IMG/VR virus record: IMGVR_UViG_3300005713_000015
Coordinates: 1 to 24,496 of that record
Source of the DNA: a virus
Taxonomy: Duplodnaviria > Caudoviricetes
Direction: 5' to 3' (one strand)
DNA length: 24,496 nt
Shown here: piece by piece, positions 14,912 to 24,496 of the stretch
How the letters are laid out: every line of letters starts with the position of its first letter
How positions within the stretch are numbered: the first letter of the stretch is position 1
Notes under the pieces: model-generated
Database searches by the model: none
What the model was told of the DNA's origin: nothing
Seen by the model: only the letters and a program-made list of their open reading frames with translations
Made by a program: the position numbers and the translations under genes

Positions 14912-16041
14912 TGTCGATCGGAACATTCAACGCCTTCGTGGTCCTGGATGCGCAGAGCTTCACCACGAACACCGGCCTGAACAACAATGTGGTGCTGACG
15001 TCCAGCGATATCCTGGTCACGCCAACCACATCGGGCGACACCATCACCGGCTTTGCCCCGCCGCGCAGTGATAGCGGTGGGCGGGTGACCGTCGCCAATG
15101 CCGACACCGTCAACAAGCTGCTGGTGCTCTCGGGCGATCATGCCAGCTCGCTGGCGCTCAACCGGCTGAAGTTCCCGCTCGGCGTCAGCAACATCACGCT
15201 TGGCCCTCAGGAAACCGCGACGTTCACCTATGAGAACGGGGTTGGCTGGCGCGCGCGCCTGGGGCCGCAAGACAGCGAAGTGGTGCCACTGGCCTCGGAT
15301 ACGGCGCCTCCGGCGATCGGCACGCAAGCGCTGGGCGCTTCCACCCGTTATGCGCGCCAGGACCATAACCACGGGCCTGATCCGCAGACAGCGGTGAACA
15401 CCGGCAATATCGCGTCGAACACCACGACGATCAACACGCACACCTCGCAAATCTCCACGCTCCAGGGGCAGACGGCCGGCATTCCCGCGCTATCGAATAG
15501 TACGCCTCCAGCGATCGCGGCGGCGGGCTCGGCAGGCGTGGCCACGACAGCATCGCGGTCGGATCACACCCATCAGCGTGACTGGGTGGCGTCGAACACG
15601 GTGGCGACCGCGTTGGCGGTCTCGGCGGCGGCCGGCGTGTCAGCGGAACTGGCGCGCGTCGATCATGCGCATCCGCTGCCGGCTTGGGCGGTCAACACTC
15701 CGGCGCGCACGCTCGGCAGTGCTGGTTTCCAGCCATCGACAACGAAGTACACGCTGTGTCTTTACACCGTGTCGATCTCGGCAACCACCACGATCGGTGG
15801 CGGCCAGGATGGCAATATCGAGTTGCGCTCCGATAGCGGCAGCACACCGACAACGGTGCGGGCAACCGCCCGGCTTCGTCAGGTGGCCACGCTCGCCGTC
15901 GCGCTCCAGCTCGATCAGAACCAGACGCAACAGCTCATTTACCTCGTGCCGCCCGGTCATTTCGTCCGGCTGGTGGGAACGCAGACGGTTGGCGCGCCGA
16001 CGCTGAGCTTGGTGTCGTCTGTCGAAATTGTCTTTGGATAG
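14911..16041 (+). CDS. fibre protein with RxDHxH repeats
   Basis: ARQDHNH, SRSDHTH, ARVDHAH repeats and a short coiled coil. Confidence 0.75.
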   Translation: MSIGTFNAFVVLDAQSFTTNTGLNNNVVLTSSDILVTPTTSGDTITGFAPPRSDSGGRVTVANADTVNKLLVLSGDHASSLALNRLKFPLGVSNITLGPQETATFTYENGVGWRARLGPQDSEVVPLASDTAPPAIGTQALGASTRYARQDHNHGPDPQTAVNTGNIASNTTTINTHTSQISTLQGQTAGIPALSNSTPPAIAAAGSAGVATTASRSDHTHQRDWVASNTVATALAVSAAAGVSAELARVDHAHPLPAWAVNTPARTLGSAGFQPSTTKYTLCLYTVSISATTTIGGGQDGNIELRSDSGSTPTTVRATARLRQVATLAVALQLDQNQTQQLIYLVPPGHFVRLVGTQTVGAPTLSLVSSVEIVFG

Positions 16042-16050
16042 GGGGAATAG

Positions 16051-16302
16051 ATGGGAAGACTAGCATTCGGTGATACCGGGCCGGCCGTCGCGATCGTGCC
16101 CGTTACCGCCAGCGATAGCGCGAATCTGCCTCAGGGCATGACGCGCGGCCTGCTGGTGACAGAAGGCGGTAATGCCACTGTCATCGACGGCACGGGCACG
16201 CAGCGAGCCAATGTGCCGCTCCAGACCGGTTTTAACCCACTTGCGGTCAAACGCATCTTCAGCACGGGCCTGACGGCTACGGGCATCTTCGCTCTTTACT
16301 GA
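16051..16302 (+). CDS. head spike-base-like protein (RcGTA Rcc01079 family)
   Basis: VTASDSANLP..TRGLLV..GG...NVP....PL.VKRIFSTG.TATGIFALY pattern. Confidence 0.7.
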   Translation: MGRLAFGDTGPAVAIVPVTASDSANLPQGMTRGLLVTEGGNATVIDGTGTQRANVPLQTGFNPLAVKRIFSTGLTATGIFALY

Positions 16303-16341
16303 ACCCGGTGCAGGGGCCAGCCGCAGGGCGATTGGCTGCGG

Positions 16342-16375
16342 GGGGCCGCTGTTGCCGGCGATCGACGGCGGCCCC
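16342..16375. promoter_or_regulatory. strong GC hairpin
   Basis: GGGGCCGCTGTTG/CGACGGCGGCCCC, 13 bp; no U-tract. Confidence 0.5.
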
Positions 16376-16403
16376 GACTGGGGCAAGATTAGGAGACTAA
16401 GGC

Positions 16404-16757
16404 ATGCTCTTTATTCCAAGCGTCCTGATCCCGGCAACGGACCTGCCGGACGCATTCAACTACCGGCAAGCAGTGAGTGCCGATGGAAGCAACTCCGGTG
16501 ATGCTGCTCCGCTCCTCTTTACGGGGACTCATGCAACCGTGGCGGCGACGGTTGGCGGTAGTAGCGGAACGCAAGGCGTCAAATTCTCTGCGGATTTCCC
16601 GGTCGGGGCGCAGATTTGGCTAATGAATACTGGTGATTATAACGTAAAATTGTACGTGGCAAGCGGGGAAGACTTGTTCGGAAGCGCTAACCTAGCTAGC
16701 AAAACTGGTGCGATCTTCCTTAAGGTCAGCACAGAAATCTGGTGGAGATTCGCATAA
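16404..16757 (+). CDS. hypothetical beta-rich protein, lower GC
   Basis: AGGAG RBS; TAATG coupling to the next gene. Confidence 0.7.
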   Translation: MLFIPSVLIPATDLPDAFNYRQAVSADGSNSGDAAPLLFTGTHATVAATVGGSSGTQGVKFSADFPVGAQIWLMNTGDYNVKLYVASGEDLFGSANLASKTGAIFLKVSTEIWWRFA

Positions 16758-17173
16758 TGGCTTCCTACAACAAGTTCCAGATTTTTGTGCAAGACATCGG
16801 CAACGGTGTCCACAATCTCAGCAGCCATGCTGTGAAGTGCTACTTGAGCAATACGGCTCCGGTTAACACAAACAGCATTAAGGCGAACATCGCGGAGATT
16901 TCAACGGGCAATGGCTACGCTGGCCCGGTGACGCTCAGCACCGTGAGCTATTCGCAGACATCGGGCACCGCGTCTTTGGTGGCGGCGGATTTCACTGTGA
17001 CGGCCTCGGGCGGCTCGGTTGGGCCGTTCCGCTACATCATCTTGTACAATGATACGCCGTCCTCGCCGGCTGATCCGCTGATCGGATGGTGGGATTATGG
17101 CTCGGCGGTGACTCTGGCCGATGGCGAAAGCTTCACGGTCGATTTCAGCACCAGCCTGTTCACCCTGGCGTAA
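16757..17173 (+). CDS. putative virion structural protein
   Basis: MASYNKF start; EISTGNGY, GPFRYIILYNDT, DYGSAVTLADGESFTVDF motifs typical of phage fibre modules. Confidence 0.75.
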   Translation: MASYNKFQIFVQDIGNGVHNLSSHAVKCYLSNTAPVNTNSIKANIAEISTGNGYAGPVTLSTVSYSQTSGTASLVAADFTVTASGGSVGPFRYIILYNDTPSSPADPLIGWWDYGSAVTLADGESFTVDFSTSLFTLA

Positions 17174-17185
17174 GGAGCCTAACCG

Positions 17186-17491
17186 ATGGTTTTCAAGAGA
17201 AAAGAGACTGCTGCGCCCGTGGAGGCCGGCACTGGTTTTGATGCCAAGATGGAAGAGATGCGCGGCCGGTTTCATCAGCTCGGCGCTGAGCGTGAGGCGG
17301 CGGTTGCCAAGCTCGAAAATCTGTGGACCTCGCGCGAACAGCTCCTGGCGCAGATCGCGCCCAAGATGGCGATCATTGAGCAGGAAATCGAACGCATCCG
17401 GGCACCGCTCTATGACATCGATCGCGAGCGCGGCGCGCTGGTTCGGGCGCTGAGCGGCAAGACCGGGCGGCCGGAAGACTACACGTCTTAA
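17186..17491 (+). CDS. coiled-coil protein, possible assembly chaperone
   Basis: TAAGGAG RBS; heptad-rich. Confidence 0.7.
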   Translation: MVFKRKETAAPVEAGTGFDAKMEEMRGRFHQLGAEREAAVAKLENLWTSREQLLAQIAPKMAIIEQEIERIRAPLYDIDRERGALVRALSGKTGRPEDYTS

Positions 17492-17505
17492 TTGCTGGGT
17501 GAACT

Positions 17506-20079
17506 ATGGCTAAGCTATGCTCCATTGCCACGGGCAACCTGACAAGCTCTTCGACATGGGGCACCATCTTTGAGGGCGGCACGGGCGTGCCGTTCCTCTC
17601 GGCCAACACGGCTGCCAATGTCACGGCCCTGACCACATCCTATGTGGCCAGTCAGACCTTCACGCCGGGGGCGATCACCGTCGATCGTATCGCCTTCCGG
17701 CTCGCGGTACGCTCGACCACGACGGGCACCATCTCCTGCGCTATTTTGCAGGGCGGCTCGGCGGTTTCCGGCGCTGAGGTTACCATCAACACGGCAGACC
17801 TTCTCGCGGCGGTCACGAACAACGACGACGGTGGCTGGATTGTCTTTAAGTTCGCCTCCCCGGTCCTGTTGGTTGCGGCGACGGCCTACACGCTAGGCCT
17901 GAAGGTTTCCTCGGCGTCCTCGGTTTCGGCCTTCCGCAGCAGCACGGCGGGCGACTGGGCTCGGTTCATCGTGACCACGACCACAGCCACGCCGACGACG
18001 GGCGATGACCTGTTCGTTGCCGGCGAGCATACCGGCGCCGGTACGGGCAACGACATCACTGTCACAATGAACTCGACCTCGGCGACGGACTATGGCTCTA
18101 CGCCGAGCGCGGCGAACGCCGCCATTACGCCCTGCTGCGTCGCCAAGCGTGGCATCCTGACTTATGGCAACACGGCAGCGACCAACTACGTGCTGCGCCT
18201 GTCGAACTCCCTCGCGGTCTATCTGGGCGGCGTGCTCAACATCGGCACTACGGGCTCGCCGATACCGCGAGATGGCACGGCTGTGCTGGAATTCGACCCT
18301 GGCGCGGACGGCGACTATGGCCTGATCGTGCATGGTACGTGGGTCGCTCAGGGCCTCAGCCGCACCTCGGGCAAGAACGTTACCCGCTGCCTGCTCACGG
18401 CCAACGCGGCGGCCAATGCCACGTCTTTGACGGTGGGCACCGATACCGGCTGGCTGGATAATGATGAAATCTGCATCACCGGCACAGATCAAGTCCAGGG
18501 CGCCGGTTTCGAGCGCGGCGCGCTGAACGGCAATGCTGCCTCCGGCTCGCTGACAGTGGATGGCTTTGCCGGCACGGGCGGCGGCCTCGCGGCGGCCAAG
18601 ACCGGCACGTCGCCGACGCAAGCCATGATCGGCCTGCTGACGCGCAACGTCAAGGTCCGTTCCACCTCTTCGACAACCATGGCTTACGTCTATGTCGGCC
18701 CGCAAGGCACGGCCGATGTTGACTGGGTGGAATTCTACTATCTGGGCGAGAACGTTAGCCCCAAATTCGGCATTACCTGCGCTTCGGCGAACGCCAACTT
18801 CAACTTCTGCTCACTGTATGAGTGCGAAGATGGCGGTTTCCGGGTGGAAGTCACGAGCGCGACAAACATTGTCTGGGATAATGGCATCTGCTACCGGCTG
18901 AGCACGGTCAACGGCCCCGGCTTCAGCATCAACTCCGGCGTGACCACCGGCACGGTGTTCTCATCGGCGGACAGCTTGATGTGCGCGTTCTCGACGAGCG
19001 GCGGCGTCAATATCAATCGCGGCAACATCAATATCACTGGGATGCGCATCGCCAATTCCCAGCTTCAGTTTATGCTCGATGGCGGGCTGTTCTCCGGAAC
19101 GATGAGCAACATCGAGATTAACTCCAGCAACAACAGCAGTTTTTGCGCCCTTGGGCCGGATAACAACCTGCTGTTCACCACGGGGACGTTCACGAACCTT
19201 ACGCTCTGGCGCAATCAGGGCACGGCCTTGCAGATCAGCGGCGTGATCAACGGCGTGATCGATGGGCTGATTTCCTTCGAAAACGGCGGCAGCAACCTCC
19301 AGCTCGGCGCTGGGCAGATCGATGGCCTGATCATCAAGAACGGCCAGTTCTATGGCGGGTCCGTCAACACCTCGACGTTCAACGTCCGCGTCACGCGAGT
19401 CCAAGGGCTGCGCGGCGTCCGCTTCGAAGATTGCACCTTCTCCACGCCAGTGGCTGCGGTGAATAACGAAGACATCACCATGTCACCGCAGACCAGCGGG
19501 CGCATGTTCTGTGAGTTCGAATTCATCAACTGCCTGTTCACCGCGACAACCGATATTGGCGGCCTCTCGACGCTCGTCACGACGGATCAGTTCGTCAGCA
19601 GCATCAACTTCATGAAGTATGATCAGACGGCGAACGATCACCGCACCTATACCGGCACGGGCAAGCTCACCCGCGACACGACGATCTCTCGCACCGCGTC
19701 GCCCTCGATGCGGATGGCGCCATCATCAGCTTCGGCCAAACTGTTCTCGGCACCGCCCAAGAGGGGCTATCGCTTCGCCGTCGCCTCGGGCGCGACTGCG
19801 ACCGTGTCCGTCTATGTGCGCAAGAGCGCGACGGGTAGCGGCGATGCGGCGACCTATAACGGCGCTCAGCCCCGGCTGATCCTGCGCCGCGCGCCAGAAA
19901 TCGGTCAAGCTTCTAACGCTGTGCTGGCCACGGCTGCCGGTGCTGCCGGGTCATTCGAACAGCTCACCGCGACCGTGCCGCCCTCCGGGTCGGCCTCAGC
20001 GGATGGGGTGTATGAGTGCTACGTGGATTGCGACGGCACCACGGGCTGGGTCAACGTCGATGACTGGAGCGTGACCTAA
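17506..20079 (+). CDS. large tailspike-like protein (G8-like region plus parallel beta-helix)
   Basis: 857 aa, Thr/Gly/Asn-rich; TGW..DEI.ITGT, IGLLTRNVKVRS, VEFYYLG; beta-helix-like repeats. Confidence 0.7.
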   Translation: MAKLCSIATGNLTSSSTWGTIFEGGTGVPFLSANTAANVTALTTSYVASQTFTPGAITVDRIAFRLAVRSTTTGTISCAILQGGSAVSGAEVTINTADLLAAVTNNDDGGWIVFKFASPVLLVAATAYTLGLKVSSASSVSAFRSSTAGDWARFIVTTTTATPTTGDDLFVAGEHTGAGTGNDITVTMNSTSATDYGSTPSAANAAITPCCVAKRGILTYGNTAATNYVLRLSNSLAVYLGGVLNIGTTGSPIPRDGTAVLEFDPGADGDYGLIVHGTWVAQGLSRTSGKNVTRCLLTANAAANATSLTVGTDTGWLDNDEICITGTDQVQGAGFERGALNGNAASGSLTVDGFAGTGGGLAAAKTGTSPTQAMIGLLTRNVKVRSTSSTTMAYVYVGPQGTADVDWVEFYYLGENVSPKFGITCASANANFNFCSLYECEDGGFRVEVTSATNIVWDNGICYRLSTVNGPGFSINSGVTTGTVFSSADSLMCAFSTSGGVNINRGNINITGMRIANSQLQFMLDGGLFSGTMSNIEINSSNNSSFCALGPDNNLLFTTGTFTNLTLWRNQGTALQISGVINGVIDGLISFENGGSNLQLGAGQIDGLIIKNGQFYGGSVNTSTFNVRVTRVQGLRGVRFEDCTFSTPVAAVNNEDITMSPQTSGRMFCEFEFINCLFTATTDIGGLSTLVTTDQFVSSINFMKYDQTANDHRTYTGTGKLTRDTTISRTASPSMRMAPSSASAKLFSAPPKRGYRFAVASGATATVSVYVRKSATGSGDAATYNGAQPRLILRRAPEIGQASNAVLATAAGAAGSFEQLTATVPPSGSASADGVYECYVDCDGTTGWVNVDDWSVT

Positions 20080-20822
20080 TGGCGGCCTCCGATCCAGCAG
20101 GCGGACAGCAATTCTGGGTGGACGGCCTGCCTTGGGGTGGGCTGAACAAATCCGGGAATGATGCAGGCGCCTCCGCCTACTGGGTGGACGGCCTGCCGCT
20201 CGGCGCGCTGTTCCCTGGATCGGCGGGCTTTACCCTGTCTGCCGATGCCGGCAGCTATGCGCTCACCGGCACGGCGGCGAACTTCGCCATCTTCATGCCG
20301 GCCGCGCCCGGCGCCTACACGATGACAGGCACGGCGGCGGCGCTGAAATATAACCGGCGCGTCGCGGCCGATACGGGCTCTTACGCGCTCACCGGGACAG
20401 CGGCAACGCTGAGATACGCGCGCATCCTGGCGGCCAATGCCGGCAGTTATACGATGACGGGGACAGCGGCGACGCTGAGCTTGATCACGGGCGCGCGCCT
20501 CGTCGCCGATGCCGGCGCCTATACGGTGAGCGGCCAAGTGGTTCGCCTTAGTCTGAGCGCCAAGATGGCAATCGGCTCCTATGCGCTCACCGGCACCGCC
20601 GCGACGCTGCGGCGTAGCGTGCCGCTGATCGCCAACTCGGGCACCTACACGGTGACGGGCACCGCAGCAGCCTTGAAGTATGCCCACAAGATGCCAGCCG
20701 AATCAGGCACTTATCAATGGTTCGGCCGCTCGGCGCGGCTCATTTATAGCGGCGACCCAAACTCTGGGAACGAGGGCGACAATAACGGCAAAATGTATAT
20801 CGGTCTGTCCATTCGAATCTAG
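20079..20822 (+). CDS. repeat-containing fibre/linker protein
   Basis: Eight ~20-aa AxxGSYxxTGTAA repeats; two WVDGLP motifs. Confidence 0.75.
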   Translation: MAASDPAGGQQFWVDGLPWGGLNKSGNDAGASAYWVDGLPLGALFPGSAGFTLSADAGSYALTGTAANFAIFMPAAPGAYTMTGTAAALKYNRRVAADTGSYALTGTAATLRYARILAANAGSYTMTGTAATLSLITGARLVADAGAYTVSGQVVRLSLSAKMAIGSYALTGTAATLRRSVPLIANSGTYTVTGTAAALKYAHKMPAESGTYQWFGRSARLIYSGDPNSGNEGDNNGKMYIGLSIRI

Positions 20823-20830
20823 AGGGGTTT

Positions 20831-22573
20831 ATGCTTAATCGGGGGATGTGCCTGTCTATCTGGGGACCGGAAAGCGGAAGCGGCGAGGACGCGCCCGCTC
20901 AATTCGCGGTTACGCCAGTCTATTGGGCGCATGCAAATGACCTGCCAGCCAATGGGCGCTCTGTGCCCAACCACGTCTCGGGGAACTCTCCGAGCGGCAA
21001 TGCGATGACGTTATGCTCGGGCCAGTGGAATGGCTCCGATGTCGGCTGCACCTTCACCGATCGGTTCGCCAATGGGCCGGCTGGTGTGCAATCGGCGATC
21101 CGGCTGCAACTGAGCGCCAACACCGGCACATGCGAGTTCTTCAACCGCGCGATCCCGGCCGGAACCTGGAATTACGCTTTCCAGGCTAAGACCAACACGG
21201 GCGGCGGCACGGTGACGCTCAGCCATGGCAACTCATCCACCACGCTGAACACCACGTCGATCAACGAAAGCACCTTCACGGCCTGCACCGGGACGCTGGT
21301 CTCGAATGGCTCAACGAATGTCCGCTTCGTGATCCGCAACGCCAATGCCGGCGCGCTCGATGTGATCGCGGATGAGCTTCAGCTCTATGCGCCCGGCGAG
21401 TCCGTGCCGAGCTTTTCAACAGAGGTGAAGACGCTCTATGCCGGCGCGCTGCTGAAGACCTCCAGCTATTTCACCAAAACGGGCGGGGCCTTGGCCACCA
21501 CGAGCGTTCCGGCGCAAATCCCGCTCGATACCTTCCCGCTGAACAAGTCAGTCAGCCAAGGCACGCTGATGGCGGTGGTGTCCACCACGGACACGGCCGG
21601 CACCAACCGCAAGGTGATCGGCTTCGGCGTCGGCCAGGGTACGTTCAATCTCGCGGTAACCACGGGGCTTGCCTATTCCAAGCCGGCCGTGGCGCTGGCC
21701 AATTCCATCTACCGGCTGGCGGATAAGGGCTATCACGTCATGGCCGCCCGGTTCAAATCCGGTGAGCAATCCTATTTCATCGACGGCGTGCAGGTCGATA
21801 CCAATACGGACTCGCTCTCCACCATCAACGCGGCGGTGCTCGGGTTCCTCGGCGATCAGCACACCACAACGCAGAACTCGTTCCTGGCCGGCGCCTCGAA
21901 CTTCCCTGGCAAGCTCACGCAAGCCGTGTTCTGGGATACGTGGCTCGATGACGATCAGATCATCGCGGCAACCGCTGTGATCCGCGCCGCGCACCGGGAA
22001 ACCGGCGAAACCGACGTGGTGACGCAGAACTATTGGATCGTGGAGGGCGATAGCATCTCTGCCTCCACCTATCAGGTGCTGGCGTTCAACTCCAATGGCA
22101 TGCCCACCTATCTCGGTCACAATATGGCTGTGATCGGCGCCACGATGACAGGTCAGGCGAACAGCCTCACGGCGCGGCAGTCGCGGGCGGTCAAGTGCAT
22201 CCAGGCGGCTGAAGCGGCCGGCTACAACACGATCCTGTCCGTGCTGATCGGCGCCAACGGCATTCCAACCATCTCCCAGCTTCAGGACTATTGGGGGGCG
22301 ATCCGGATTGCCGGGGCCAAGTGCGTGGCCTGCACGCTGCTGCCCAAGTCGGACGCGACGTTCAACACCAACCGCAATGCGCTGAACCTCCAGATACGCG
22401 CGGCCAGCTCCAGCTATGACGCGCTGTGTGACTTCGCCGCCGATCCAACCATGGGGCCGGACTCGGCGGGCTCGGATACAAACCTGTACAGCGATGGCAC
22501 GCATCCGACCACGCTTGGACAGCAAAATCTTCGCGACATCATGCTGGCGACTCTGTCATCAGTAGCAGTATAG
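20831..22573 (+). CDS. LamG/ConA-like lectin domain plus C-terminal SGNH/GDSL esterase
   Basis: YHVMAARF..YFIDGVQV; EGDSIS, IGAN, DGTHPT catalytic blocks. Confidence 0.8.
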   Translation: MLNRGMCLSIWGPESGSGEDAPAQFAVTPVYWAHANDLPANGRSVPNHVSGNSPSGNAMTLCSGQWNGSDVGCTFTDRFANGPAGVQSAIRLQLSANTGTCEFFNRAIPAGTWNYAFQAKTNTGGGTVTLSHGNSSTTLNTTSINESTFTACTGTLVSNGSTNVRFVIRNANAGALDVIADELQLYAPGESVPSFSTEVKTLYAGALLKTSSYFTKTGGALATTSVPAQIPLDTFPLNKSVSQGTLMAVVSTTDTAGTNRKVIGFGVGQGTFNLAVTTGLAYSKPAVALANSIYRLADKGYHVMAARFKSGEQSYFIDGVQVDTNTDSLSTINAAVLGFLGDQHTTTQNSFLAGASNFPGKLTQAVFWDTWLDDDQIIAATAVIRAAHRETGETDVVTQNYWIVEGDSISASTYQVLAFNSNGMPTYLGHNMAVIGATMTGQANSLTARQSRAVKCIQAAEAAGYNTILSVLIGANGIPTISQLQDYWGAIRIAGAKCVACTLLPKSDATFNTNRNALNLQIRAASSSYDALCDFAADPTMGPDSAGSDTNLYSDGTHPTTLGQQNLRDIMLATLSSVAV

Positions 22574-22599
22574 GCCCGTGTCTTCCGGGGGGATAGACA

Positions 22600-23241
22600 A
22601 TGACGACACTGAGCATCATGAAAGACCGTATCGCTCGCGAATTGCGTCGGGCCAATATTACCACGCAAATCGGCGAAGCGATCACGACGGCGATTGAATC
22701 CTATCAGGACGAGCGCTTTCACTTCAATGAGAAGCGTTCCGTGACCTTCAGTACTGTCGTGGATCAGGAGTTCTATGGCGTTGCCGACGAGTCCGATCTC
22801 GCCGACTTGGTCAAGATCGATTACGTCAAGCTGCGCATCGGCAACACTGTCTTCGACCTGATCGGCGACCGGCCGAACTGGATGGAAGGCATGAGCGACA
22901 ACGCCACCTCGACGGGCCAGCCGGGCTGGTATGTCTGGTATGAGCAACAGCTCCGGCTCTATCCGATCCCGGCTGAGTCGGGCTGGGAAATCCGGGTTGC
23001 CGGCGTCTACCGCTATGCCGCGCCAGAAAGTGACGATCAGATCGGCAATTTCTGGATGACGGACGGCGAGCGCTTGATCCGGAGCCGGGCGAAATATGAG
23101 CTAGCCACGCATGTGCTGATGGACATGAATCTTGCACAGGTGATGACAGCGAACACCACCGAAGCCCTGAATCAGCTTAAGAAAAAGACCAACAAGCTGA
23201 CGCAAATGGACAATGGGCGCGTCGTGCCGATGTCGTATTGA
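22600..23241 (+). CDS. head-tail adaptor protein
   Basis: TTLSIMKDRIARELRR, RFHFNE, LRLYPIP, N.WMTDGE.LIR.RAK; position before the nozzle gene. Confidence 0.75.
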   Translation: MTTLSIMKDRIARELRRANITTQIGEAITTAIESYQDERFHFNEKRSVTFSTVVDQEFYGVADESDLADLVKIDYVKLRIGNTVFDLIGDRPNWMEGMSDNATSTGQPGWYVWYEQQLRLYPIPAESGWEIRVAGVYRYAAPESDDQIGNFWMTDGERLIRSRAKYELATHVLMDMNLAQVMTANTTEALNQLKKKTNKLTQMDNGRVVPMSY

Positions 23242-23244
23242 CGC

Positions 23245-23278
23245 AAAAAGACCGGGCGGCATGGGGTGTCGCCCGGTC
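23245..23278 (-). terminator. hairpin with U-tract in the minus orientation
   Basis: GACCGGGCGGC/GTCGCCCGGTC preceded by an A-run on the + strand. Confidence 0.5.
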
Positions 23279-23339
23279 GGGGTATGGAGATGATTGATGT
23301 TCCATGGGTGGGAACATCACGATCATAGGGGGCTTTGGC

Positions 23340-24496
23340 GTGGCGATCAACCCAAATGTGGTGCCGTTTGCGGAGTGGCGCCCGGATGTGAGCGACTTAA
23401 ACGCTCAGTACACCAGCAATGTGCTGAATGTGTTGCCGCGCGGTGACGGCTATGGGCCGTTCCTCAATCAGGTGCCGTTCTCATCCGCTTTGCCGACCGC
23501 ATGCCGGGGCTATTTCTACGCGCGCGACGGCGATGAGCTGGTGGTATTCGCGGCGACGTCCACCCGGATTTATCAGCTCGACAACACCGATTTGGACTGG
23601 AACGACGTCAGCCAGGGCGGCATCGCCTATACGCCGCTCACCGACAATGAGAACTGGCAGTTTGCCCAGTTCAACAATTTCGTCATCGCGGTGCAGGCCA
23701 ACGAAGACCCTCAGGTATTCCAGATCGGCACCTCATCGGCCTTCGCGGACTTGGGCGGCACCCCGCCGAAAGCGCGGTACATCTCGGTCATCAACCGGTT
23801 CCTAGTGCTCTCGGGGCTGCTGGACAATCCCTATCGGGTGCACTGGTCTGACCTGAACGACATCACCGAATGGACGGCCGGCACGGGGCTGTGCGACTTC
23901 CAAGACCTGCCGGATGGCGGCGTGGTGCGCGGCGTGGTCGGCGGCGAGTTCGGGGTGATCATCCAGGACGGCGCGATGCGGCGCATGGTGTTCGCGGCCG
24001 GCTCTGACGTGATCTTCCAAATCGATCGCATCTCGAAAGACACCGGAGCGCTGGCGCCATACAGCATCATCAATGCCGGCGAGCGCATCTTCTTCCTGTC
24101 CTCGCGCGGTTTCGTTATGACCGATGCCTCCGGCGCCATCTCGCCGATCGGCAAAGAGCGGGTGGATCGAACATTCCTGGCGCATTTCGATGCCACCGCG
24201 CTCGGGCTGATGATCGGGGTCGCCGATCCCAAATCCAATCTGGTGCTGTGGAGCTATAAGAGCGCTGACGGCGGCATCGAAGGCGTGTTCGATCATCTGA
24301 TTTGCTACGACTGGGTGCTGAATCGTTGGACTCTGGTCCAGCAGGAGGGCGAATATATCGCCGCGCTCGCTCGCCCTGGCCAGTCGCTGGAAAGCCTCGA
24401 CATGATCGGCAGCGTTGCGGTGTCGGGCGCGGTGAACAACGGCTCGGGCCTGATCCGGCTGACGGTCGCCTCGACAGCGGGCTGGACGACAGGGGA
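23340..24496 (+). CDS. tail nozzle/stabilisation protein (P22 gp10 / tubular-B-like), truncated by the window end
   Basis: GTG start after GGGGG; open frame MAINPNVVPFAEWRPDVSD...WQFAQF...DFQDLPDGG; absent from the ORF track because it has no stop. Confidence 0.75.
   Translation, partial: MAINPNVVPFAEWRPDVSDLNAQYTSNVLNVLPRGDGYGPFLNQVPFSSALPTACRGYFYARDGDELVVFAATSTRIYQLDNTDLDWNDVSQGGIAYTPLTDNENWQFAQFNNFVIAVQANEDPQVFQIGTSSAFADLGGTPPKARYISVINRFLVLSGLLDNPYRVHWSDLNDITEWTAGTGLCDFQDLPDGGVVRGVVGGEFGVIIQDGAMRRMVFAAGSDVIFQIDRISKDTGALAPYSIINAGERIFFLSSRGFVMTDASGAISPIGKERVDRTFLAHFDATALGLMIGVADPKSNLVLWSYKSADGGIEGVFDHLICYDWVLNRWTLVQQEGEYIAALARPGQSLESLDMIGSVAVSGAVNNGSGLIRLTVASTAGWTTG

Noticed and set aside
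20230-20745. DNA repeats as a CRISPR array or DGR
   Set aside because: In-frame degenerate protein repeats with synonymous variation; no spacers, no A-specific pattern, no RT or cas gene

Overview
A GC-rich tailed-phage segment with podovirus-like gene order; an alphaproteobacterial host is likely but is only an inference. 1-2829 holds small accessory genes (a HAD RNA-repair-type domain, a SLOG/DUF2493 protein) and a structured intergenic region. A P22-like portal and a scaffold follow. A ~5.2 kb island separates the scaffold from the DUF4043/N4-gp56-like major capsid gene. It contains 12 canonical tRNAs, one D-armless tRNA-Tyr-like RNA and about 11 small reverse-strand ORFs. After the capsid come decoration/fibre/spike genes, an SGNH-domain protein, an adaptor and a tail nozzle gene that runs off the window. 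The most striking signal is on the minus strand: a sigma70-type promoter would start a leaderless 16-codon peptide (9573-9523) in which 11 of 13 non-Met codons are decoded by the nine tRNAs directly downstream. That operon also carries an rRNA-type boxA and two ORFs that use tRNA U8-A9-G10 as their stop codon. Together these suggest a tRNA-depletion-sensing, attenuator-controlled phage tRNA operon. All family calls come from motif recognition by eye, not database searches.
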